Under the pieces are notes generated by a model. It was given only the letters and a program-made list of their open reading frames with translations, was not told the DNA's origin and searched no databases. DNA of 64,000 nucleotides, from contig NW_024704744.1 of the NCBI RefSeq assembly GCF_018977255.1, forward strand, positions 57,412,001 through 57,476,000, given 5' to 3'. Within the stretch, counting starts at the first letter, position 1. The number at the start of each line of letters is the position of its first letter. The translations under genes were made by a program, and so were the position numbers. Shown in pieces: positions 27,201 through 39,200 of this stretch. The stretch is from Callorhinchus milii. Its lineage: Eukaryota.

Positions 27201-30200
27201 ATGGGATATAACGTTATAAGCCAATTCACCCCCAAGTATCTTTGCTATGGGACTCAAGGAAGGAGATCCATTGTACAAAGAGGCCTTGTCTGCTGAGTGA
27301 GAAAGCGTTTGTGTAGCTGAACTTTAGAGATTAATAGAGACACAAATACACTGTACCAGAGCTTCGGGGACTCTTGAGTGAGAGTATAAGAGGGCTGCAG
27401 GATTCTGTAGTATTCAAATAAAGCTGCAGTAAACCAATAGCCTAAAAATAATTACTTTGGACTTTGACTATGAGAAGATAAGACTTTGTAACATTAATCA
27501 TTTGCTCTCTTTCAAATGTGTCTGTTTATAGGTTCATATGGTTTGGATACCTGTATTATTTAAGTACATTTTCTTTGTTTAGGGCTTTAAGCTGCAGTAC
27601 TAAATGTCTAAATGTGTCTGATGTCCAATATGAAGTATCAGACATAGAAACACAAGTCCAATTGTAGCACAAACTGGATAACTAAAATCACAATTTTACC
27701 AAAGCATCAAGAAGAACACTAATAAATGACAGGAGGAGGACCTGAGTAGTGCAGTGTATTCACACACTGATCAGAGGGAGAGAGTTAAAGGTAAAACTTG
27801 AGGTAAAGTTGCATTTATTTGTAAGAGTCTGATACTACATCACATGGAAACAATTCATGAGTTTTCCTTGCTCCACGCCCAGCAGTACTGATTATCAGCT
27901 GCTTTAAAGCTCTGGAATCAGCTGTTTGTAGCACTGTACAGAAAATACCAGCAGCATAACTGACCGTTTGTCTGAATGTCACTGCAGAGGGCAGAAAAAC
28001 AACTGTACAGTGCACTCAGGGTCATAAATGGTAATTAATTTGTACAAGAACCTTACTGCTAGAAATACACATACATACATAGTCATAAATGTAGAGGTGT
28101 GTGCTGCTAGAGCTACAGTCATGTTCAAAACAGTTTCTTGAAGTAAGAAATCCATTTGAGCACAATCAGAAAATCCGGGTAAAAAAAAAAGTAATGATTA
28201 TGCAAGTCATGAAAATTTGCACTTTACAATCATTCTTAAAAAAAAGGGCTCATTCAATCCCTGACTTTTTATGGGACACTGCTGTGCGCAATTGGCTGCC
28301 GCATTTCGCCCACAAAAATATACAGTCAATTCACTTTACAGTATATTCTGTGAAGCGCTTTGAGACATCTCAAAGACGTGATAAAGCGCTATATCAAAGG
28401 CAAGGATTATTATTATGCTTAGTAACTTCATTTACTCAACAGCAAAATATTTCCGTTCCAACTGATTTTGTCAATTAAGAAAAAGGACTAGGGACATTTA
28501 TTGCTACAAAATTCAATCCTTGTAATAATAGTTCTCTCACCGAGACACTATCTTCCGTGAAAGGCCACAATATACTGCAAATGCGGTACGACTTGATTCA
28601 AACATTCTGTTGCCAAGAGCATCACCCCGAGACAACTCAGCTACAAGGAGACCACACTTATCTAACCCCCATGGAGAACGGTCATTAGTTCGTCATTTGA
28701 CATCCAACACGTGCAGGTTTGAGCCCTTACTACATAGATAGCAGGTACCAAGAATTTCCTGTAAGTTTTCTAAAGTGTGTTCCTCAGAATGAAATGTATA
28801 AGAGCATCATAACCATCCTCTTGTTCACAGGTCAGATACACATCCCTACCCATTGAGTGATTGTTCCACCAGTTGCAGAACTTGAGTATCAGCTGCTTTC
28901 CAATATAAGTGAATACCAAGAGTTGGATATGAGTGTGTTCACAAACTCGGACTCCAAGTAATGCGATTTTTTTGGTCAGCCCAGTGTCTGGCACATGCGG
29001 AAACCCATCACCATGCTTAAGAGTATCCAAATCACGCTGAGATTTCCATGGATCTCACATGGAAATCCCAGAGATAGATTGTTGGATTGGATTGCACGCT
29101 CTCTCCCTGGAGGGATGAATCCTGTTGACCTAATTCTGGAAAGTATTAGGTACAGGTTGGCAAGAGCCAAGGCTTGGGGACCCCAGAGTGTGGGTTGGGG
29201 TTCTGCTGGAATCTGACCAGCTGCAACCATTGATATTGCTGTCCATCAAGCTTTCCCGTTGCTTGTCCAGCTGGGACCACCCTACCCGTTAGAGCTTTGG
29301 CTTTCAGGATTAACAGGAGCTCAGCATGATGACTCCCTGACCGGCCTGTCCTACCGGGCCCTGCCGATGAGCCAGGCTGGTTGTGCTGTCATCAGCAGTG
29401 CCCTGGAATACTGCGGACCCGTCTGGCTCAGGAATCGGACTAGCGAGACCGCCACAGAGGGTTGGCTTCATTCCAACATTCCACTGCCAGGCATGTCACC
29501 TTGGAGCCAGTTCAGCTCCAAGGAGACCCCACTTAGAACCATGCCCTCCCCAAGGAGGATAGTAATGTTTTCCAGCACTGTCGTTCCAGTCTGAATTTCC
29601 TCATCAGCTATTCAACAAATATCTGCCTTCAGTATGGTGGTAGGATCTTTACAGGATAGGACTTGTGGAGTTCAGTCGCTCAGTGGTTAGAGCACTACCC
29701 TTGCAAGTAAGAGACCTGGGTTTGATTCCCGGCAGAGTGAAACCTTGGGCACACGCCTGATAATAATCCCTCAAGAAAAAAAACAATAATAAATTGGTCA
29801 CTCCAATCCATGACTGTTTGTGGGACACTGCTGTGCGCAAATGGCTGCTGCAGTTCGCCCACGAATATACAATCAATTCACTTTACAGTATACTCTGTGA
29901 AGCGCTTTGAGACGTCTCGAAGACATGAAAAGCGCTATATCAAATGCAAGAATTATTTATTATTATTACCAGCCACGTTGATGTTGGAGGTCCAAGTCCA
30001 ATACCACAAACTAGGCTTACCACTTAATCCACATCTTTGGGTACTTAAAACACCCTGTGTGGCATTTTTGTGGATTGGGTTGCAAATTATTATTACAGGA
30101 ATTGAATTTATTTTTTTCCAGTGGCTAATACAGTACTGTGAAAGTTCTTTCTGGATAATAACAGATGTGTCGTTTATCGGTTGAGATATCAAATTAAACC

Positions 30201-33200
30201 ACCGATTGCTGCCAAAAAGGTAATAAAAGTCATCAATGTTCAACTTAAAGGCCCTCTTTTTAAAAAAAACACTGATGAATTAGTCAAACCTGGAAACTCC
30301 AAACAGGTTTGTGCCAAATTGTGCATATCACAACTGAAGCAGGTTGTAATTAAGGCTCACAAGCCTTAATTTTTATATTTATATTTTACACATTTAAATA
30401 ATTGGTCACGGAATTATAAATTTAAACTAGTTTGCGACAGTGCAATGTTGGGGAACTGCTTTATGATCTATTCTAATAGCAAATTTTATATCAAAGTAAA
30501 ATAATATCCAAATAAAGGTTTGTCCAAAAGCATTGCAATGTTCTTTTCATGTGTGTGATAGCTTCTCAGTACTCATGATTCACCAACTGCCATCATCACG
30601 CAGTCATTTATCAAAACCCATGGCTAAGGTCGTGCCTTATGATTCTATCAATTTTTTTAAAATCAATAATCCATTGGAAACACATTGTCCTATAAAAACA
30701 ATGTCAGTGAATTAGAACACTAGGCTTTTATTTCTTCTTGGTATATGGCTATGAATCGAGCCTAGATTTATGGAAGAAAGTTCCTCTCTGCAAGTTGTGT
30801 GGGTTCCAGTTTTGAGAATTCAGCAACAGCACATAAGTGACCGTAATTCAGTACTCGGGAGGGGTTGTATTGTGTGTGTAGTAAAGTGTGTTTTATCCTG
30901 TACCAGAAGCATCTACCAATTTTTTGCGAATGACCTTTTTTTAAGCGGAACTGTCGGTCAGGACACTGAGAAACTTCGTTCTCATGGCACTGTTAGAAAA
31001 CAAATCTTTAATGTCCCCCCTCAATAGGCAGTCTCAGGCTCATCTGAAGGATGGCACCTCCAACAATGCAGCAAACCCCCCAACACTGCACTAGTATCAA
31101 TTTAGATTGTACGAGTTCCAAGTCCTGATGTGGGGTTGGAACCCACAAATTGCTTACTCTGAGTCGAGAGCGCTACCAACTGAGCGAACCTGACACACTT
31201 CACAGCTGTCTGTTGAATACTGCTATACGCAGGACATTGATGTCCACAAATTGGCTGTTGCATTCGGCTACAAAATAGTCACTACACTGGGAGCCCAACT
31301 TTTCGAGGTGGGAGAAAGATAGCCAAAAACAAGGGTGTTTGGTTTTGAAGGCAGGATTAAGGCACGGAGACAAGGCACAGGGACTGGCATTCCAGAGCAG
31401 ACAGAATGGCTGCAAGCTTGCCCATCTGGTGGAGTGGGTTAGACAGCGATGAAGAAACAGTGGAGGGAGCTGCCAAGGATGGATGAGTGGACGCCGGTGG
31501 CAGAGGTACAGCTGAGTGAATCCTTTGATTATGGGCTCAAGGGAACCCATCAACTACTCACATTTGGAATTGGACTCAAGGGTATAGCGAGCATGCAAGG
31601 GTGAATAGAGCAGGAGGTTGATGGTGGAGAAGAGTAGCCTAGGGTTATCTTTAGATTCCAGGATAATATTCAAGCACTCGAAGATACTATTCCACACGAA
31701 GACTCCTTTAATAAATGCAAGTTTTTAATTGTTGATGATATTGGAGCTGAAAGTTGATTTGTGTGAGGTGAGAGCACAATGGTAGACTTTGGTGTAGTCA
31801 AATCAGAAGATGCACTAGGAGGTCAGATTACAGTAACACAGGCCTTCGTCTTTATAGAGTGGAGGTGACTGCCCTACATGGGGGAATGTGCAGAGGAAAT
31901 AGGTGGTCCCAGATGTCATAGGAATGAGGATGTTGAGGATGGTGGCGAGGGTGTTGTGCAGGTCGATGGAGGACATAAGGTCACAGTGGACTGAGGGCCA
32001 CTGGGCAGGAATTTGGAGGACAGTTCTGAGTGAAATTAAGAAGGGTCAAAAACGTCTTTGCCCAAGATGCTGCCATCTCTGACATTTCCATCTTGGACAA
32101 AGACAATTAAGTGAAAGATTGTTTGGAATAAGTAATTTTAAATAAAGTTTTTAATTGTTCCTCTACAGATTTGCCACAGTACCAAATGTTTTCTATCTAG
32201 AAAAGTGCTATGCTGTGCTAGGAAGTATACTGCATCTTCAAAGGGTTGGCCTTCAAACCTGCTGAACTGGAAGATGGTTCAAAAAGATTAATACAACAAT
32301 AGTAATGCAGTTACGGACAAGAAGTCACACTGCTATACAAATTGTGCCTGCCTCTATACAAGTTGCTAACTCTATTTGTGCCAAATTAACAGCTGTTCTC
32401 ACTTCACATTCACTGCTGCAAATTCCTGCTGTGGGACAAAACGTACACCACACATTTCTACTTTAAAAAACAGCAGTAAATCAGAGCAGGCCAACATGCA
32501 GTAAGCAGTGTGATTTGAGTCTCTTGCTGCTTTTCTGTTTCTCCTGTGTAATACATTTCACCTGCTGGCCAATGAACCGATGGCTCATACATTGTTAGAT
32601 CCCACTTGGCAACAGCACTTGAAGCATATTGATTATATAAACTCAATAAATTATAATTCACTATGCCAAATTGATACTCACTCACAATTATGAAATTAGT
32701 TTTGCTGAATCTTTATATATGAAATGTTACATGAACCAAAAACTAAAGAAATGTCATACAATTACTTAATTCCAAATTAATCAGGACTAAGAACCACCTT
32801 CCTTTTCCTACTATTAATACAAATTTCTCACTTCCTTTTGATTGACAGAGTGTCCAAGGTAAATTTCAGAGAAACATCATGAAGCATTACTCAAAATATT
32901 ACTAGTGTCATAGATCTGAAGGTATATTAGATCATGCAACAAAACCTGGAGTATTCGGATTTTAACAGACTACAGGAGAACTCATTATACAAAACTGTTT
33001 ACACGGACAGGAAATTCATTGGACACAACATTTCACTGACAGCTGAGCAGAGTGTCAATGTTAAAGATACATGTTTTGATTTGATGGCTGCTCTCATTGT
33101 TCGAGGGTTGATCCATGATAAAGTATGGCACTCAACCTTGAAAGACTCAAAAAATGGCCTTTTAGAGGCATACATTTAATAGGATAGGAAAATAAATAAC

Positions 33201-36200
33201 GCACATCACCTGTCAGGGATTTACTTTCTCTATTCGCTTTGCAAGCGAGAGACCCGAGTTCAATTCCAGGCTGAGGGCGAAACCTTGGGCAAGTTTCCTT
33301 ACTCCACACAGAGCCTAATAATAATCCCTCCAAAACCAAAAACAATAATAAATTGGTCATTTTCAATCTACGACTGTTTGTGGGACATTGCTGTGCACAA
33401 TTGGCTGCCGCGTTCCCCCACAAATATACAGTCAATTCACTTTGCAGTGTGTTCTGTGAAGCGCTTTGGGATGTCCTCCCGACGTGAAAAGCGCTATATC
33501 AAATGCAAGGATTATTATTATTATTTAGCATATGCCACTAAAACGTCTTCTGAGATCTTCGGATACGCCAAAGCACAGGGTAATTCAAGGTGAGGGTCAA
33601 TTTTATGACAGACACCAGGAAGTGTTTGTTCAAAGGGCAAAGAAGATCTGAAAAGCTCTGATGCTGTCACACAAAGATGGTAGATTCGGTTTCTGGAAGG
33701 ATGAAGTCAAATTTTCCTAAGGGCATTCTTCATCTTAAACATGTTGTGATTTTTATCAGTAAAACTCAGTAATGAGTTCTTACTACAACAACTTGAATTT
33801 ATATAGCACCCTTCACACGGGGTTAGCGTCCCGGAGCGCTTGACAGTGGCAGATTCGGATGTCAAACCATAGGGGTAGGGGACTGTAAGCATGATCAAAA
33901 AGCAAGCGTTTTAGGTGGGATTTGAAGGTGGGGAGGGAGAGGGGAAGGCAGAGGGGTTGATGGAGAGGGTTCCAGAATTCATGGCGTAGTGGCTGAAGGC
34001 ACAGTCACTGATGGTAGAACGGAGACAAAGAGGGACAAACCGGAGGCTGGAGCCAGCACAGCAGAGGTATGGGGTGGTGGACTGGGGGGTAAACAGATCG
34101 GATAGATAGGGAGGTGCCAGGGTATGAGAGGATCTTGAAATAGATCCGTTTGGCAATTGAGAGCCAGTGGAGCCCGGCAAGGACTGGTGTGATGGGGGTA
34201 TGGAGTTTGTGCAGTTGAGTATCCCGGTGATGAAGGTTTGCATTAATTGGATTTTGTGTGTGGTGAAGCTGGGGAAACCACCGAGAAGGGCATTGGAAAA
34301 GTCCAGCCAGGAAGTGACGTGGACAAGGGTTTCAGCTGCTTCGGTTGAGGTACGGACGGAGGCCGGCAATGTGACAGAAATGGATAAAAGCGGTCCTGGT
34401 CCGGGAACCGATGTGTGGTAGAAATGAAAGCTGGGAATCGAACCCAATGCCTAAGTTGCGCACAGGTCCGGAAAGTCTGAGGGAGCGCCCATAGAGGTTG
34501 AGTTCAGACCCACAGGTGAGATGATGTTGACGGGAGCAAAAGAGTATGGCTTCCGTCTTGCCGATATTCAGCTGCAGAAAATATGCACTCATCCAGGCCT
34601 TGACGACCGTCAAACAAGCTGACAGGACATCAGTGGACTGGGAGTCACAGGTGGAGGGGGAGGAGCAGTAGATTTGGGTGTCATCCGCATCCATATGGAA
34701 GTTGACCCCATGTCTACCAATAATACAAATACAAAACAATTATGGTTTAAAATGGGAAAGCATAAAATATATTTACATAATAAAGTGATAAAAGTTTCAT
34801 ACATAAACAGGCTTTTCAACCCGTTCTATAATGAAGTTGTAACACAAAGTGATTTTTATTATCTGGCTGTGAAACAATGCTAGTAAAGCCATGAAATAAC
34901 GTGCGATTGCATTTCACCTTGGATTTACAGGGGGGCCCCCCACAGTTCACTTATGATTCGAATGTCCTGTGGACCCATGGTTACTGGAAGAGTGGCCTTC
35001 TGGCAAGGATTGATTAGTTCACTGCAACCGCTCTCCTAATCATTTCCAGAGCTCAATAGCTTTGTGTGCAGCAATGTATATACACAGGAAGCCAGTCAGT
35101 CTGCACCAGAAGTGATGTTTGTGGTGACCTAAAAACTGCAGCTATTTTTNCCACAGCCGCATAATACAATATGGAACCAAAACTCTGTTCTTTAAAGCAG
35201 TCATCCTGTATTAACTCCTGCAATCCTAAAGATCATCCTTGTTGATTGTGCTCACAGTCACCTCCCACCTCCCTCTCTCCTTGAGTTGTTGTCAGACTCC
35301 GCCACTGTGAAGCACTCCCGGATGCTACCCCGTGTGAAGGGTGCTATACAAGTGCTAGTTGTTGTTATTGTAGTTAAACATACAAATATTACATTCCATG
35401 TTAATTCCCTCATTCGATTAAATTTAGCCCTCAGTACATAGATTCAGAACAATAGGACTATAGGGGTCTCACAGAATTCAAGTAATAGTTTTCAGAATGG
35501 AAACTCACGTACTCATCATATAATCAGATCAGATGATCACTTGATCAGATATAAATTGAATGAAAAATTAAACTTACAAATATTTTAGCTGTACCCACTG
35601 CTTTCCAAAACAATTTCTTATTTTAACCTTGTAAACTGAATGATTATAGTAGGATTATTCTACTATTCCTGTCATATATCGAATCAGCCCAAAAAAGCCT
35701 GAACAGTCTCAATCCCAATGCTAGTTGACATCAGCGAACAGTACAAAAGAGTCATAATTTGGCACACAATGGCAATCTTTCAGAGAGAACATGATGATGC
35801 CTTGAGGGAGAAATGGAAAAAAAAATATTCACTGAGGACTCTGAGGTTAAGGAACCATATGAAGGAAGATCTTGTTCTATTTTTTGCCTACAGTAGTTAA
35901 GATTTGATGCTGAAATGGGAATCCCACTGTACTATAACGCTACAAGCAGAAATACAAAGTTAAAGAGAAGGAAAACACAACTTCTGTGAATAGTTAATTG
36001 CTCCTGTCCTGTTGCTGCACTAAATGTTCTGGCTCATTAAGCAGCTGCAGAACTAATTGTTAAGAATGGTTTGGAGGGTTTCTCTCATGAAGTTTCGAAT
36101 CACTGTGGAATTGATCTGAATAAACAGATGCAGCATGTGCTGCATTCTCCAGTATGGCACTTTGTAATGTTACATTGTCATACTATTCAGAAAAGTTGAG

Positions 36201-39200
36201 GAAAATATCATAAATCCTGCATCATTTCCTTGCATTTCTGAATCTTATAATACATACCACCCACCACTGAGACCCTCACATTGAATACAACAATTAATTA
36301 CACATAAACACACTCAAGTAACAACCAATTAAAATGTGAATATCTAAGCTAATTTCAGAAATTCCCCAGGAAGTATTTCCCTAGTGAAGGCCTCAAGACA
36401 GTAGTTAAAAAGATAACCTGTTAGCTGATTTCTAAATGTTCCAGGTAGCACATAAAGAGTGCATTCCTGAAGCATCTAATTTTGAACAGATTCATGTGAA
36501 ATGCTAGAAATGACAATCTGTAACTAGGAATGTTTAAGGTTTTTTTTTTGCCAGGAGACATTAAAATATTCTTGTCCACAAAATTACCATCACTTTTGCA
36601 TTAACATTCAGTTTAAAAAAAATGTAACTGAATGACATCTTTTTTAAGGTTAAAACTATTCAAAGCAAAAATGAGAGGGTAGCTGGAACTATGTAAATTG
36701 TATATCAGAACTTGACAAGTACGAATGGCATCCAACGAGAATGCCATAATTCAAAGGGCTTTCTCAATCAGAGATACAGTTGAGGCACAGATCAACCAGT
36801 GGAGTCCTGTAGCTCAGTGGTTAGAACACTCGCTTTGCAAGTGAGAGACCTCAGTTCAATTCCAGGCAGAGGGCGAAACCTTGGGCAAGTTTCCTTACTC
36901 CACACAGAGCCTAATAATAATCCCTCCAAAACCAAAAACAATAATAAATTGGTCATTTTCAATCTACGACTGTTTGTGGGACATTGCTGTGCGCAATTGG
37001 CTGCCGCGTTCGCCCACAAATATAGTCAATTCACTTTACAGTGTGTTCTGTGAAGCGCTTTGGGACGTCCTCCCGACGTGAAAAGCGCTATATCAAATGC
37101 AAGGATTATTATTATTATTATTATTATTACATGTCAGACCGACAAGGAAGGAGCAAGGCAGCGAGATTCAGGTTGTGGGTTCCAGATGAAGCAGGGAGTT
37201 CGAAAACACGGTCAAAAAGGAGTGTCTTGAGGTGGGTCTTGAAGGTGGCGAGGGAGGGGGCGAGATGGAGGAACTGCTGGATGGAGTTCCGGAGGGTGGG
37301 AGCAGAGCGGCGAAAAGGCCCACCCGCCAATAGTGGGGCGAGCGAGGCGGGGGACATGAAGCAGGCCGGAGCCCATTGAGTGGATGGAGCGATCAGGATG
37401 GTAGGGGGTTAGGAGGTCAGCAAGGTAGGGGCTAGCAAGACTGGGAAGGACTTTGAAGATGAGGGCCAGGTTCTTGAACTGTATCCTCTGTGTGATGGGA
37501 AGCCAGTGGAATTGGGCAAGGATGGGGGTGATAGGGTCGGGGAGCCTAGTGCGGGAGAGGACACGGGCTGCAGAGTTCTGGATGATCTGCAGCCTGTGGA
37601 GGAGGAGTTGGGGAGGCCGACAAGCAATGTGTTTGCATAGTCGAGCCTCAATGTAATGAAGGCATGTATGAGGACTTCGGCTGCCTGCAATGTGAGACAG
37701 TGTCGGAGCCAGCGACGTTGCAGAGGTGGGGGAAGGCAGAGCGGGTCATGGCGCAGGTGTGGAGTAGAAAGGATAGTTGAGAGTCAAACAAGACCCCAAG
37801 GTTCCGGACTGGCTCAGTGAGGTGGAGTGTGCAGCCATGGATGGTGATGCTGTCAGCGCCTGAGGTGAGGAGGCGCTGACGGGAATCAATCAGGAGAACG
37901 TTCAACTGAAGAAAGTTGGCTCTTATCCAGGACTTGATGTCTGTCAGACATTCTGTCATTACAGCAGTGGTCCTGGAGTCAAGGGTGGAGGCAGAGAGGT
38001 ACAGTTGGGTGTCATCCTCATACATGTGCAAGTTGACCCCATGTCTGCGGATGATGTCATCACCAAGAGGGAGCATATAGATGTTGAAGAGGAGGGGACC
38101 AAGGACAGAGCCCTGAGGAACGCCGCCCGGGACAGTCCGGGGGCTAGAGGAGAAGCTGTTTGAGGAGATGAAGTGCAGGCGGTGTGAGAGGTACGATCTG
38201 AATCAGTCAAGGTCAGCGTCGTGGAGGTTGAGGTAAGAGAGGCAGTGGATGAGGATAGAGTGGTCGATGATGTCAAAAGCAGCAGAGAGGTCAAGGAGGA
38301 CAAGGAGTCAGCGGGAGCTCTAGTTGCAGAATTTCTACTTGGTAGTTATTAACAAATATCTGAGATGCAAGCCAACAGTTGAATCTTGGGGGGGTGGGGG
38401 GTCTGTTGACATTGAGAATTGTTTGAGATTGCTTAAATCAGAATCTTCAACTGTATTCCTTTATCTCTCATCACTAAAACATAATATATTCTGGACATGC
38501 ACATCATGCATAGCTTCTTGTTAAAACACAAAGAAAAGATGTCAAGCCTTTTGATAAGGAAAAGTAAGAATGTAACAGAAAAAAGTAGACAAAAGTTAGC
38601 ACATCACTAGATAGCCATTGAATATGCAGCTGCCTGCTACTTCCTACTCACTTAGAATGAACATTATGTTCCTGTTTTTCCAGGTACTGTACAAAAGCTT
38701 CAGCTGCCTAACAGACTCAAGATTTGGCATGTTCAATGATATTTTGAAGCACTTTACTCCTTCAAAAACAGCACCTTGGGAAGTCCTCCTGATGTGAAAG
38801 GCACTATGCAAATGTAATTTTGTATTGTATTCCACCTGAATAGAGCAGACGAAAATCAAACTTTCAAGTAAAATGACTCCATACGTGGAGTCCTGTAGCT
38901 CAGTGGTTAGAGCACTCGCTTTGCAAGCGAGAGACCCGAGTTCAATTCCAGGCAGAGGGCGAAACCTTGGGCAAGTTTCCTTACTCCACACAGAGCCTAA
39001 TAATAATCCCTCCAAAACAAAACAATAATAAATTGGTCATTTTCAATCTACGACTGTTTGTGGGACATTGCTGTGCGCAATTGGCTGCCGCGTTCGCCCA
39101 CAAATACAACAACAACAACAACAAGATTCCATTTATAAAGCGCCTTTCACGTCAGGAGGACGTCCCAAGGCGCTGCACAGTTGGGTCATGACCCGAGCAG

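Noticed and set aside
29259-29450. Faint resemblance of LWLSGLT...[11 protein letters not shown] to hepadnavirus core (LLWFHISCLTFG...VLEYLVSFGVWIR)
   Set aside because: The spacing does not fit, few residues are identical and the coding strand is uncertain; not supportable without a profile search
36799-36872. tRNA-Ala(TGC)-like sequence (also at 38886, 50500, 24440 and 29665)
   Set aside because: The acceptor stem does not close and each copy continues into the same SINE body, so these are SINE heads and not tRNA genes
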